In this document: positions 45,383 through 55,490 of the stretch, piece after piece
Numbering within the stretch: position 1 is the stretch's first letter
How the letters are laid out: the number at the start of each line of letters is the position of its first letter
From: Clostridia bacterium
GTDB taxonomy: Bacteria > Bacillota > Clostridia > RGIG6154
Assembly (NCBI GenBank): GCA_017410375.1
Contig: JAFQQW010000040.1
Coordinates: 70 to 64,069 of the forward strand
Length of the DNA: 64,000 nt
Direction of reading: 5' to 3'
Made by a program: the position numbers and the translations under genes
Notes under the pieces: generated by a model
The model's input: only the letters and a program-made list of their open reading frames with translations
Told to the model about the DNA's origin: nothing
Database searches by the model: none

Positions 45383-46261
45383 TCAGTCCTGTGCAACAAC
45401 ATTCTTGTCCTTGCGGAGCTTCTTGAACATAATCCAGAAGTTGCCCGAAAGGAATACAGAAGAATAGAAACCAGCAACAACGCCTACAATAATCGGCAAT
45501 GTGAAAGTTCTGATGGAGTCAACGCCCAAAATCCAAAGTACAGCCAAAACGATAAGGGTTGTAACAGTAGTATTGATGGAACGACCCATAGTATCCTTTA
45601 CAGAATCTTTGACAACTGTTTCAAATGCCATTTTCGGCTTCAATCTTGTGGTTTCACGAACACGGTCGAACAAAACAATAGTTGCGTTAATGGAATAACC
45701 CAAGATAGTCAGGATTGCCGCAATCATGCTGGTGTCAACCGGAATCTGGAGAATTGCATACGCGGAAATCATAATCAAAACGTCATGAATCAAGGCACAA
45801 ACTGCAGCAAGACCCGATAACAGTTCGAAACGAATCCAGATGTAAATGAGCATCAGTACAACCGCAATCAATGCACCAACCAAAGCATTTTTCTTCAATT
45901 CACTACCAACAGTTTCGCTGATGGTGTTCTCGGAAATTGCTTTTTCGTCCGCACCGAAATCCTTAACCAAAACGTCACGGATTGCAGTGATTTCCGCATC
46001 GGAAATTTCAGCAAGCTTAATGGATGCGTTTGTGCCGTCAACGGTCTGTACTTTCGCATTTTTTGCTGTTACAGCATCCACTGCTTTCTGCATTGCATTG
46101 GCATCGAATTTTTCGCCCAATTCAACATAAATTTCTGTACCGCCGGCAAATTCAACGTCTAAGTTGAAGCCACCGTTTACAAAAGCCATAACTACACCGA
46201 TTAAAATAATTACGGCCGAAATGGAATAATAGATAAATCTGTTTTTAACGATATTCAACAT
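45383..46261 (-). CDS. secF: Protein translocase subunit SecF
   Basis: Starts MLNIVKNRFIYYSISAVIILIGVVMAF. Six TM helices. Its start lies 1 nt after the secD stop. Confidence 0.93.
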   Translation of the reverse strand: MLNIVKNRFIYYSISAVIILIGVVMAFVNGGFNLDVEFAGGTEIYVELGEKFDANAMQKAVDAVTAKNAKVQTVDGTNASIKLAEISDAEITAIRDVLVKDFGADEKAISENTISETVGSELKKNALVGALIAVVLMLIYIWIRFELLSGLAAVCALIHDVLIMISAYAILQIPVDTSMIAAILTILGYSINATIVLFDRVRETTRLKPKMAFETVVKDSVKDTMGRSINTTVTTLIVLAVLWILGVDSIRTFTLPIIVGVVAGFYSSVFLSGNFWIMFKKLRKDKNVVAQD

Positions 46262-46262
46262 T

Positions 46263-47543
46263 TTATTCAGCCTCCTTATTTTTCTTACCGCCATACAAAA
46301 CCTTGTTTGTACCGCAGATACCAACCAACTGGTTCAAAATGAATTTTGTGATTACAATTGCTGTGAACATGCTGACAATAATACCTAAGCCCAATGTTGT
46401 CGCAAAGCCTTTAATGGTACCTGTACCGAAGAAGTACAGTACAGCCGCTGCAATAAGGGTTGTGATATTCGAGTCGATAATTGCAGTAAAAGCTCTCTTA
46501 AAGCCTGCACCTACAGCCGCACGAATAGTTTTTCCAAGCTTAATTTCTTCTTTGATTCTTTCGAAGATGACAACGTTTGCGTCAACCGCCATACCTACGG
46601 ACAGGATAATACCTGCAAAACCCGGAAGTGTGAGGTTTAAATGCAAGTGACCCATAACAAATGCTAAGATTGCAACATACGCACAAAGGGCAATGCTTGC
46701 TGCTAAGCCGGGAATGCGATACATGATAATCATGAAAATCAACACGATTAAAATACCGATTGCAGCTGCTTTCATGGAAGATTCCAAAGCATTTGCACCC
46801 AAAGTAGGTCCAACAGTACGTGTTTCAATCAGATTCAGGTTAAAGGGCAACTGACCTGCAGAAATAAGACTTGCTAAGTTTTCAGCAGCTTCAGCAGTAA
46901 AATCGCCTGTGATGATACAAGTATCATCGGTAATTGCGGTTTCAACAAACGGAGCGGAAATGACTTCATCGTCCAGTTTGATTGCGATGTAGTTTTTGCC
47001 GTCGGTTCTTGCAGCCGCTGCTGCAGTTGCTTCAGAAAATGCTTTTACGCCTTCTTGTGTAAGCTTTAATTCAATGTAGTTACCGGTCGCGCCCATTTCG
47101 TTGTACTGACCGTACATCTTCTTTGCAGACTTAACTTCTTTACCGGTCATAACAACCTTTTCATCTGCATCGCAGAACGTGAGCTGTGCAGTCTGACCCA
47201 AAAGCGCTTTCGCTTCATCCGGGTTTGCTACATCAGGGATTTCGATATATACACGCTTGTCCCCTTGCTTAGACACGTTTGCTTCTGTGTAGTTTAATCT
47301 GTCCAGACGGTTTCTCATAACTTTTACAACTGTGTTCATTTCTTCTGCAGTTGCGCTTTCTGCATCCGCTTCAAATGTGAGCGATGCACCGCCTGTTAAG
47401 TCCAAACCTCTTTTTACGCCGTGCTCTTTGTTGAAAGCACCGTAATTGTCATAGCCCATCAGTGTAAAGTCTACGAATGCAACAGCTAAAAGTGCGGCAA
47501 TCAAGAGCAATACAACCAACAGTTTTGCTATACTCTTACCCAT
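46263..47543 (-). CDS. secD: Protein translocase subunit SecD
   Basis: 426 aa. N-terminal TM. Periplasmic domain. C-terminal six-TM bundle (LGLGIIVSMFTAIVITKF). Confidence 0.93.
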   Translation of the reverse strand: MGKSIAKLLVVLLLIAALLAVAFVDFTLMGYDNYGAFNKEHGVKRGLDLTGGASLTFEADAESATAEEMNTVVKVMRNRLDRLNYTEANVSKQGDKRVYIEIPDVANPDEAKALLGQTAQLTFCDADEKVVMTGKEVKSAKKMYGQYNEMGATGNYIELKLTQEGVKAFSEATAAAAARTDGKNYIAIKLDDEVISAPFVETAITDDTCIITGDFTAEAAENLASLISAGQLPFNLNLIETRTVGPTLGANALESSMKAAAIGILIVLIFMIIMYRIPGLAASIALCAYVAILAFVMGHLHLNLTLPGFAGIILSVGMAVDANVVIFERIKEEIKLGKTIRAAVGAGFKRAFTAIIDSNITTLIAAAVLYFFGTGTIKGFATTLGLGIIVSMFTAIVITKFILNQLVGICGTNKVLYGGKKNKEAE

Positions 47544-47578
47544 AGTTTTGTTTCCTCCTTATTTTTTCACATAGTAAT

Positions 47579-47607
47579 ATTATAATACAGAACTCAATTA
47601 AAGTCAA
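47579..47607 (-). promoter_or_regulatory. Sigma-A promoter of secDF (AAAAAAAGATTGACT-N17-TATAAT)
   Basis: Minus-strand read: -35 TTGACT (47607..47602), 17-nt spacer, -10 TATAAT (47584..47579). RBS AAGGAGGAAAC before the secD ATG. Confidence 0.7.
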
Positions 47608-47668
47608 TCTTTTTTTCCAATAATTATAAAAAAGAAAAACGAAGTTCGCCCACTCCGTTTTCCCGTTC

Positions 47669-48292
47669 TCAAAAGTCGATGTATGCCTCTCCCACCGTTT
47701 CACAGGTTGCCTTTGCATCGGTAAGCTCGGTGATTTGTGCGACCAGCTTGTCCGTTTCTTCAATTTTCTGATAAACAGATACAAAAACCGAATCGGCATA
47801 AGAAATTTCTTTCAGCTTTATTTCATTTTTTTCAATAAACTTCTGTACTTTTCCGAGCAGATTATAGTCACAGGTAATTTTGATTTCATTACAAAGACAG
47901 CGCTTGACTACACCTGCCTGTTCAATTCCAAGCTTTGCGGTTTGCGAATAAGCCCGCACCAATCCGCCTGTACCAAGCAGAATACCACCAAAGTATCGGG
48001 TTACCACCACCAATGTATTCTGCAATTCCATTTTTTCAAGTATATTCAGAACCGGAACCCCTGCCGTACCCTGCGGTTCACCGTCATCCGAATAACGCTT
48101 AACCTGTCCGTCAAGCAATGTATAGGCATAAACATTATGCCTTGCATCCCAGTATTTAGAACGCAATGCATCAATGTATTGCATTGCCTCTTCCTGCGTC
48201 TGTACCGGAAGAACGGTGGCAATAAACCGGGAGCGCTTTTCAGTAAGCTCTCCCGTTGCCTGCTTTTCAACTGTATAATAGGAATCCGCCAT
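47669..48292 (-). CDS. YigZ/IMPACT-family protein (UPF0029)
   Basis: Contains KRSRFIA, the signature of the IMPACT N-domain. C-terminal region follows. 207 aa. Confidence 0.8.
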   Translation of the reverse strand: MADSYYTVEKQATGELTEKRSRFIATVLPVQTQEEAMQYIDALRSKYWDARHNVYAYTLLDGQVKRYSDDGEPQGTAGVPVLNILEKMELQNTLVVVTRYFGGILLGTGGLVRAYSQTAKLGIEQAGVVKRCLCNEIKITCDYNLLGKVQKFIEKNEIKLKEISYADSVFVSVYQKIEETDKLVAQITELTDAKATCETVGEAYIDF

Positions 48293-48392
48293 TTTTTCCT
48301 CCGCGAAACAATTTAAATTTTAAATAAGGTCTTAAGTATTCTGCTCCAGAATTTCGAAGGTTTAACCACAACGATTTTCACAAAAATCCCTC

Positions 48393-48569
48393 CTCAATGA
48401 AACATAACCTGACAACCTATGTAGAGCAATAAAGCGCAAAGAAACATGGTAAGCCACTTCAGGGGCAAAATCAAATACACCAGCACCCCTGCCGCAAGCC
48501 CTACAATTAAATAACTCCACCACCTGCACCTTCTGAACATACTGATCCATCCTTTTTTACGTTTCTTCA
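48393..48569 (-). CDS. Small hydrophobic membrane protein (58 aa, two predicted TM helices), hypothetical
   Basis: MKKRKKGWISMFRRCRWWSYLIVGLAAGVLVYLILPLKWLTMFLCALLLYIGCQVMFH. Basic N-terminus followed by two hydrophobic helices. Below the ORF-track cutoff. The alternative frame listed by the track (48362..48550) is not protein-like. Confidence 0.4.
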
Positions 48570-48607
48570 TTATCAGTATATAGCAAAAGTGCGTTTTTTG
48601 TTACCGG

Positions 48608-49204
48608 CTACAATTCATTGACAAAAAGTAAGCACTTACCGCTGTGCACAACAATACGAGTGACATCCTCCGTCATTTCGTTGCTGATTCCGAAACTGCT
48701 CCCTACCTTGAAAAGTGCTTTTTCTGTGGGATATTTCGCGCCTGCGATTGAGATAACCGCATCTGACAAGGGTAGCAAACTAAAAGTTTTACCCTTTCCC
48801 GAAATCTCTGTTTTGCTTTCACAAGCATAAACAGAGACGGACGGCTCGCAGATGCGTGCCTGATTAAACATAGACAACACATAAAGGTTTGCCATCTGAT
48901 GGTCACATCTGCCCCCTAAGGCACAGGTAACCGTAATTTCGGTTGCGCCCATTTCGGTTGCGGTCTGTAAAGCAAGCTCACAGTCGGTCCAGTCCTTTTC
49001 AGCAGGATATTTTAATATTTTTCCGTGATAATCCTTTGCAACAACAGAATCCATGTCTCCCAAAAGCAAATCGGGCAGTATACCTGCCGTTTTTGCCTTG
49101 TCATATCCGCCGTCCGCGCAAATAATATAATCCGCTTGACTTGCAAGCCTTTTTAAAAATTCCGCAGACTCCAACTCTCCGTTTAAAACAATTAAAACTT
49201 TCAT
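48608..49204 (-). CDS. Thiamine diphosphokinase (thiamine pyrophosphokinase)
   Basis: Starts MKVLIVLNGE...ADYIICADGGYD. Contains GGRCDH. About 200 aa. Overlaps the rpe stop by 4 nt. Confidence 0.8.
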   Translation of the reverse strand: MKVLIVLNGELESAEFLKRLASQADYIICADGGYDKAKTAGILPDLLLGDMDSVVAKDYHGKILKYPAEKDWTDCELALQTATEMGATEITVTCALGGRCDHQMANLYVLSMFNQARICEPSVSVYACESKTEISGKGKTFSLLPLSDAVISIAGAKYPTEKALFKVGSSFGISNEMTEDVTRIVVHSGKCLLFVNEL

Positions 49205-49842
49205 TTGCTCAACATTTCGGCAATAACCTTTGCCGGATCATCACTTAAAAAGACAGCACTGCCTGCCACAATGACATTCGCACCCGCTTCATACACCTTG
49301 TCGATATTGGAAGTTTTAACACCACCGTCCACTTCAATATCTAAATCAGGATAGTGTTCCCGAAGGAATTTAACCTTTTCAAGACATTCTTCAATCATGC
49401 CTTGTCCGCCAAAGCCCGGTTCAACCGTCATAATCAGAGCCATATCCACCTTATCCATAAAGGGGAGCATATCTTCAACAGGCGTACCGGGTTTTACGGT
49501 CAGTCCGGCTTTTATACCTTTTGCATGAATCCTATCCAAAACTTTGTCGGGACATTTTGTGGATTCCAAATGAATCACAATAATATCTGCACCGGCATCT
49601 GCAAAGGCATCCACGTATTTTTCGGGATTTTCAATCATCAGATGCACATCAAAAACTGCCTTTGTATAGGGTCTGAGACTAGAAACCACCACAGGACCTA
49701 ATGTAATATTCGGCACAAAGTGACCATCCATTACATCGATGTGCAGATATTCCGCACCGCCGTCAACCACCATTCGCGCCTGCTCGGCAAGCTTTGCAAA
49801 ATCCGACGATAAAATCGAGGGGGCAATGATTTTCTTATTCAT
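49201..49842 (-). CDS. rpe: Ribulose-phosphate 3-epimerase
   Basis: Contains IAPSILSSDFAKL, HIDVMDGHFVPN and the DGGV motif. 213 aa. Confidence 0.95.
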   Translation of the reverse strand: MNKKIIAPSILSSDFAKLAEQARMVVDGGAEYLHIDVMDGHFVPNITLGPVVVSSLRPYTKAVFDVHLMIENPEKYVDAFADAGADIIVIHLESTKCPDKVLDRIHAKGIKAGLTVKPGTPVEDMLPFMDKVDMALIMTVEPGFGGQGMIEECLEKVKFLREHYPDLDIEVDGGVKTSNIDKVYEAGANVIVAGSAVFLSDDPAKVIAEMLSK

Positions 49843-49854
49843 AATCCTTCTCCT

Positions 49855-50721
49855 TCAATATTTATAGATAGATGCCAGTTCTTCGTAAAAAGAAACATAA
49901 CTTTCATAACGTTCTTTGGGAATCTTTCCCGAATCAACCGCCTGACGGACAGCACAATCCGGCTCATTGATATGTGCACAACCCATAAAACGGCAATCTG
50001 ATGCCAAATCTCGCATTTCCTTGAAGCAGGTATAAAGTTCTTCTTTGGGAATTTCGCTGATATCCACCACACTAAATCCCGGTGTATCTGCAATAAACCC
50101 ACCAAACGAAAGCGGAATGAGCCGTGCATGTGTTGTGGTATGTCTTCCGCGCTTAATTTTCCCGACCTCACCCGTTTCGAGCTGTAAATCAGGTTCAATG
50201 GCATTGATCAGACTAGATTTCCCGACGCCTGAGCATCCGGAAAACGCAGTAATTTTGCCTTTCATAATTTCTTTAAGCCGTTCCACACCGCACTTTTCTG
50301 TTCCGCTGGCATAAATCACTTTGTACCCTGCTTTTTCGTAAACCGAGCCAAATGCTTTTCCATCATTCAAATCCGTTTTATTGATACATAAAATGATGTC
50401 CAACCCTTTATGTTCCAAAAGCGTCAAAAGCTTATCTGTCTGTTTAAAATTTGGGTCAGGCTCAGCGGCAGCAATTACCGTAATCATCTGGTCAATGTTT
50501 GCAACCGCGGGTCGGATTAACGCATTTTTCCGTTCCAAAACCCTTGTAATGGCAAAAGAGTCTGCCTCTTTTTCCAGACAAACTCTATCACCGATAACAG
50601 GCTTTACGCCTTCTTTTTTAATTCTGCCACGGGCAATGGCTTCAACTATCAAATTATCCTGAAGCATAATCCGATACAATCCGCCGACGCCCTGAATAAT
50701 AATACCTTCCATTAAATCCAC
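49855..50721 (-). CDS. rsgA: Ribosome small-subunit-dependent GTPase A (RsgA/YjeQ/CpgA)
   Basis: OB-fold N-domain. Circularly permuted GTPase (G4 motif NKTD before G1 GCSGVGKSS). C-terminal zinc finger (CRFMGCAHINEPDC). Confidence 0.92.
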   Translation of the reverse strand: MDLMEGIIIQGVGGLYRIMLQDNLIVEAIARGRIKKEGVKPVIGDRVCLEKEADSFAITRVLERKNALIRPAVANIDQMITVIAAAEPDPNFKQTDKLLTLLEHKGLDIILCINKTDLNDGKAFGSVYEKAGYKVIYASGTEKCGVERLKEIMKGKITAFSGCSGVGKSSLINAIEPDLQLETGEVGKIKRGRHTTTHARLIPLSFGGFIADTPGFSVVDISEIPKEELYTCFKEMRDLASDCRFMGCAHINEPDCAVRQAVDSGKIPKERYESYVSFYEELASIYKY

Positions 50722-52490
50722 GAATCATCCACCGTACCACTCTGTGAAGGTGCGGGTGCCGGAGCAGGTGTAGGTTCGGGAGTCGGGGTCGGTTCAGGTG
50801 TCGGAGTGGGTGCAGGAGTCGGCTCGGGAGTCGGAGTCGGATTAGATGTTGAAGGTACCTGTTCGGTACCGGGATTAGCCGGTTCATCTGTATTGCCATT
50901 CTGCTCTGTTCCGGCTTCACCATTTTCCTGCTCTTCTCCTTCTTCGCCCTCTTTTTCCTCTTCTTCCTCCGGCTTATCCTTACTGCTGTAGGTATAGGTT
51001 TCACCGGCAACACCGGCACTTACGGTCAGTGTGATAATGTCCTCGTCTGCAATCACCTCGGTGCCTGCCTCCGGATCAATAGAGATAACCTCATTTTCCG
51101 GAACGTCTTCACTTCTTACCAATTCGGTAATATACACAATGCCCAATTTATCCAGCTGTTTTTCAATAGAACGATAGTTTCTGCCAACAGCATTCGGAAC
51201 GGTAATAGTCTTCGCGCCACGGCTTACCACTACATAAATCGGGTAAGAGGTTTTTACATTCATGCCCGCCTTTGTCTTCTGTGAAATAATTTCGCCGGCT
51301 TCGTATTCATCAGAAAAAGCTTCGTCATCTTTGATAATATTCAGGTTTGGATAAGCTTCCTTCGCTTTTTCAAAATCATAACCAACAAGATTCGGCACTT
51401 CAATGTCAGAACTTTGTTTGTCACTGCAAACACTCGGTGCAACACCTTGTACAAGGAACACCGCAAGAATCACAACCAACAACAATGCTGTGCCTATACC
51501 TGCCCAGGTTGCAATTTTATCTTCTTTTGTAGCCTTACCCTTTTTACGGGTTGTTTCTTTTTTCTTGTTATCCACTTTTTTCAACGCCTCCGCTGCTTCT
51601 TTTACCTCTTTAGGAGAGAAAATTTTGGTTTCACCCGAGGGTTCCTCCTCCACAGTCGGCACTGTGTAATTCTTTCCTTGTTTCAACATATTCAATTCAA
51701 TAAACATTTCACTGACATTTGCATAACGCTCTGCCTGTTCCTTTTTCATGGCATGCAAAATGATATTTTCCAATGCTTCCGGCAAGTCCGGCACAAATTC
51801 TCTGGGAGAACGAACCTCCTCCTGAATATGCTTTAGTGCCACCGATACAGAAGACTCACCTTCGAAAGGTAATTTGCCGGTCACCATTTCATACAGCACG
51901 ACACCCAACGAATAAATATCGGACTTTTCATCCGTGTAACCGCCACGCGCCTGCTCGGGAGAGCAATAATGCACCGTACCCATGGAGCTGTCGTCCACCT
52001 TCATGGTTACTGTTGAAACCGCTCTGGCAATACCAAAATCGGTAACCTTTAATGTTTCATCTTTTGTAACCAGAATGTTCTGAGGCTTTATATCTCTGTG
52101 CACAATACCTTTACGATGTGCGTGCTGTAAGCCGGATGCAATCTGACAGGCAAAGTGCACTGCCTTTTCCCAGCTTAAGCGACCGTGCTTATTCAGATAC
52201 TCTTTAAGGGTAATGCCTTCTACATATTCCATCACAATATAGTGCATTTCTCCCTGCACACCTACATCGTAAACCGAAACAATGTTGTTATGCGAAAGTC
52301 CTGCTGCTGCCTGGGATTCAACATTGAATCTCTTTAAAAAATCTTCATCATTTTTAAATTCTTCACGCAAGATTTTTATTGCCACATTTCGGTTCAGAAG
52401 CGTACATCTGGCTTTGTAAACATCTGCCATACCACCTTTACCGATTAATTCCAGCAACTCGTATCTCTGTCCAAGAAGCTTTCCTACCAT
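50712..52490 (-). CDS. prkC: Ser/Thr protein kinase PrkC/StkP-like (Hanks kinase, TM, two PASTA repeats, acidic and Pro/Thr-rich C-terminal tail)
   Basis: Contains the HRDIKPQN catalytic loop and DFGIA. TM helix (WAGIGTALLLVVILAVFLV). Two PASTA-like repeats. Poly-E tract. Tail PTPTPEPTPAPTPTPEPTPTPEPTPAPAPAP. Confidence 0.92.
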   Translation of the reverse strand: MVGKLLGQRYELLELIGKGGMADVYKARCTLLNRNVAIKILREEFKNDEDFLKRFNVESQAAAGLSHNNIVSVYDVGVQGEMHYIVMEYVEGITLKEYLNKHGRLSWEKAVHFACQIASGLQHAHRKGIVHRDIKPQNILVTKDETLKVTDFGIARAVSTVTMKVDDSSMGTVHYCSPEQARGGYTDEKSDIYSLGVVLYEMVTGKLPFEGESSVSVALKHIQEEVRSPREFVPDLPEALENIILHAMKKEQAERYANVSEMFIELNMLKQGKNYTVPTVEEEPSGETKIFSPKEVKEAAEALKKVDNKKKETTRKKGKATKEDKIATWAGIGTALLLVVILAVFLVQGVAPSVCSDKQSSDIEVPNLVGYDFEKAKEAYPNLNIIKDDEAFSDEYEAGEIISQKTKAGMNVKTSYPIYVVVSRGAKTITVPNAVGRNYRSIEKQLDKLGIVYITELVRSEDVPENEVISIDPEAGTEVIADEDIITLTVSAGVAGETYTYSSKDKPEEEEEKEGEEGEEQENGEAGTEQNGNTDEPANPGTEQVPSTSNPTPTPEPTPAPTPTPEPTPTPEPTPAPAPAPSQSGTVDDSWI

Positions 52491-52520
52491 TCAAAACTCC
52501 ACCTTTCCAAAATGGTTATA

Positions 52521-53228
52521 TCAAAACTGAATCAAAACTGCTGTTATATTATCCGTACCGCCGTTTGAATTTGCGTTGTCCACAAGCCGTTCAACCGCTT
52601 CGTCCACATCCGCACTTTGGGATACGATTTCCAATATTTTTTCGTCAGAAACATGGTTACTTAAACCGTCACTGCAAAGGAAAACCTTCATGTTTTCCTT
52701 CAACTGAATCTCAGCCACATCTGCCTCTTCTTCCTTATTTGTGCCAATGGCTTTTGTAATTACATGACGGTTTGGAGAATGCAACGCTTCTTCTTTCGTA
52801 ATTTGTCCGTCATCCAATAATTTTTGAATCAGTGTATGGTCTTTCGTAATTTGCAAAATACCCTCATCTGTAATCTGATAGCATCGGCTGTCTCCGATGT
52901 TTGCGACATAAACCGTATTCTGATTCCAGATACAAGCAACAAGCGTTGTACCCATACCGTTATATGTGCTTTCACTCAGCGACTGCTTGTACACCGCTCT
53001 GTTAACATCACGAATAATTTTTTTTATACTTTGTGCAGATGCTTTGAATGCGTCCTTCGAGAAGGCAGCTTCCAGAAGTTCTACCACCATACTGCTAGCC
53101 ACTTCCCCTTTATTATGTCCGCCCATACCATCCGCAACCACCGCAAAGTTTGCACCCACGCAGTAATTGTCTTCGTTGTGCGTTCGGACCTGTCCGACAT
53201 CTGTCCTGCCTGCAATATGCATTTCCAC
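52521..53228 (-). CDS. stp: PP2C-family Ser/Thr protein phosphatase (Stp/PrpC)
   Basis: Contains GRTDVGQVRTHNED, VADGMGGH and the DGLSN motif. Confidence 0.93.
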   Translation of the reverse strand: MEMHIAGRTDVGQVRTHNEDNYCVGANFAVVADGMGGHNKGEVASSMVVELLEAAFSKDAFKASAQSIKKIIRDVNRAVYKQSLSESTYNGMGTTLVACIWNQNTVYVANIGDSRCYQITDEGILQITKDHTLIQKLLDDGQITKEEALHSPNRHVITKAIGTNKEEEADVAEIQLKENMKVFLCSDGLSNHVSDEKILEIVSQSADVDEAVERLVDNANSNGGTDNITAVLIQF

Positions 53229-53240
53229 ATCCCTCCCTTT

Positions 53241-54302
53241 TCAAGCATCCTGCTTTCTGCTGTTCTCACGTCGCAGCTGTCCGCAAGAGGCTTCTATATC
53301 GCTACCAAGCTCTCTTCTGACCGTGGTAGTCAATCCGTTTTGCTCTAATATATCCCGAAAAGCCTGTACTCTCTCCGGATTACTTTTTACATATGTTTTA
53401 CCCTTGACCTGATTAACCGGAATCAGATTAATATGCGCCAGCATTCCTTTTGTAAGCTTTACCAGTTCAAAAGCCTGCTCCTTATTATCATTTACACCCT
53501 CTATTAAAGAGTATTCAAAGGTAACACGTCTGTTCGTTTTTTCTATGTAGTCCCGAATCGCCTGCATCAGTTCCTCAATGGGATACTTCCGGTTGACCGG
53601 CATCAGCGAAGAACGTAATTCGTTATTCGGTGCATGCAAAGAAACCGAAAGGGTAACCGGAATTCCTTCATCTGCAAGTCTGCGGATACCGTCAACCAGT
53701 CCGCAGGTCGAAAGTGAAATGTGTCTTGCACCAATATTTAAGCCGGCAAAGTGGTTTACATTGCGAATAAAAGTGGTCACCGCTTCGTAATTGTCCATCG
53801 GTTCTCCGATGCCCATAAGTACAATATTCGACACCTGCTCGCCACTATCCTTTTGTGCAAACAAAATTTGGTCTATGATTTCACCTGCTGTCAGATCTCT
53901 GACCTTACCGCCGATGGTGGATGCGCAAAACTTACATCCCATATTGCAGCCCACCTGCGTGGAGATGCAAATAGGATGTCCGTACTTATAATCCATCAGA
54001 ACACTCTCAACGGTTTCCCCGTCCATCAGGCGGAACAGATATTTTATCGTTCCGTCTGACGAAACCTGCTTTGTGACTACCTCAAGGGTTGTGATTTCAC
54101 ACAATTCGTCAAGCTGTGCCCGTAAATCCTTTGAGAGATTTGTCATTTCATCAAAGGAAGTGACGCCTCTGTACAACCACTCGAAAACCTGTCTGCCACG
54201 GAACTTAGACAGACCCAGAGAACATAAATATTCAGTTAGCTGATCAAATGTTAAATCTTTTAATCTGACTTTTCCCATTACTACCTCTTTTTCATTTTGC
54301 AA
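53241..54302 (-). CDS. rlmN: 23S rRNA (adenine2503-C2)/tRNA methyltransferase RlmN (radical SAM)
   Basis: Radical-SAM CNMGCKFC motif. Contains GIGEP. The C-terminal Cys is present. The start may be the internal ATG (MGKVRL) at 54278. Confidence 0.93.
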   Translation of the reverse strand: MQNEKEVVMGKVRLKDLTFDQLTEYLCSLGLSKFRGRQVFEWLYRGVTSFDEMTNLSKDLRAQLDELCEITTLEVVTKQVSSDGTIKYLFRLMDGETVESVLMDYKYGHPICISTQVGCNMGCKFCASTIGGKVRDLTAGEIIDQILFAQKDSGEQVSNIVLMGIGEPMDNYEAVTTFIRNVNHFAGLNIGARHISLSTCGLVDGIRRLADEGIPVTLSVSLHAPNNELRSSLMPVNRKYPIEELMQAIRDYIEKTNRRVTFEYSLIEGVNDNKEQAFELVKLTKGMLAHINLIPVNQVKGKTYVKSNPERVQAFRDILEQNGLTTTVRRELGSDIEASCGQLRRENSRKQDA

Positions 54303-55489
54303 ATATAGAATCCATCATGTGTTTCTGTTGGAAAAAGCTGAACAGGTGCCTCCTCCATCTCAAATTCAGGATGTGCCTTTAGCGCCCTTTCCACCACACA
54401 GTCGTTTTCCGCTTTATGTACCGTGCAGGTACTGTAAACCAATCGCCCGCCCGGCTTGACATAGCGCATAGCCTGATTTAAAATATCAAACTGCAATGCA
54501 CATAATGTATTGTAATCCTGCTTGCGCCATTTAATGTCCGGTTTTCCGGAGATAACCCCCAGCCCGGAGCAAGGAACATCTGCCAGTACAAAATCAAAGC
54601 TTTGTTCCCATTCGGCACGGTAAACCGTACCGTCATTCAAAACAGCAGAAACGATTTGTACACCCAGACGATTGGCAGTTTCTTCAATCAGTTTCAGTCT
54701 GTGCTCATGTATATCGCAGGCGATAATTTCACCCGTATTTCCCATCAATTCTGCCATATAACAGCTTTTTCCGCCGGGTGCTGCACATAAATCCAGTACC
54801 TTTGCGCCTTTTTTTGGTGCAAGTGCTTCTACCGCATACCGCGAGCCCATATCCTGAACAGTTAAAACGCCCTGCTGAAATAGTTTTTCATTTTGCGGTG
54901 ATTCCGGTTCATCGGGCATCACAAAATCTGCGCCCGCCTTCAACTTATTTATACGGTACGCCGTTTTTTTCGGAATATTGGACTGTCTTGCAATTTGTTT
55001 CGCCTGTTCTAAGCCGTAATCACAAATCCAGATATCTAAAATGCTTTTCGGAAAGGAGGTTTCCATCCCCAAAGCTTCAATCTCTGTTTCGGGACAAGGC
55101 AGGTTGTCTTTTTGACGAATTACCGTCCGTATCAGTCCGTTAACAAATTTTGCCGCGCCGGCATTCACCAGCTTTTTAGTCAGTGCAACCGCTTCATTGC
55201 AAGCCGCAGATTCCGGAATTTTCTCCAAATACAGAATCTGATACAACGTAATGCGAAGAATCTGTACCGTTAAAGGATGTAATTTGGATACCTTGATATT
55301 CGAAAAAACATCCCGAATATAATCCAGACGTTTTTTATAGCGGACAGAGCCGTAAACCAACTCGGTTACAAGCCTCTTTTCCCGCGCATCCGGAACATCC
55401 GATAACGCATGCTTTAAAACCAGACCCACATAACTTTTTTCTTTATCAATCTGTGCTAAAATCAGCACTGCTTTTTCCCGTGCATTCAT
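54281..55489 (-). CDS. rsmB: 16S rRNA (cytosine967-C5)-methyltransferase RsmB/Sun
   Basis: NusB-like N-domain. SAM motif DLCAAPGGKS. Catalytic residues: the Pro-Cys of DVPCSGLG and the Cys of YSTCT. Confidence 0.92.
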   Translation of the reverse strand: MNAREKAVLILAQIDKEKSYVGLVLKHALSDVPDAREKRLVTELVYGSVRYKKRLDYIRDVFSNIKVSKLHPLTVQILRITLYQILYLEKIPESAACNEAVALTKKLVNAGAAKFVNGLIRTVIRQKDNLPCPETEIEALGMETSFPKSILDIWICDYGLEQAKQIARQSNIPKKTAYRINKLKAGADFVMPDEPESPQNEKLFQQGVLTVQDMGSRYAVEALAPKKGAKVLDLCAAPGGKSCYMAELMGNTGEIIACDIHEHRLKLIEETANRLGVQIVSAVLNDGTVYRAEWEQSFDFVLADVPCSGLGVISGKPDIKWRKQDYNTLCALQFDILNQAMRYVKPGGRLVYSTCTVHKAENDCVVERALKAHPEFEMEEAPVQLFPTETHDGFYICKMKKR

Positions 55490-55490
55490 A

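Noticed and set aside
44852-45820. 322-aa plus-strand ORF
   Set aside because: It is antisense to the 5' part of spoIVA, the intergenic region and the 3' part of secF. It is rich in C/H/N/T, which is the typical antisense-of-coding composition. Both sense genes are unambiguous.
52824-53348. 174-aa plus-strand ORF
   Set aside because: It is antisense to the stp phosphatase and rlmN. It has no RBS and is low complexity.
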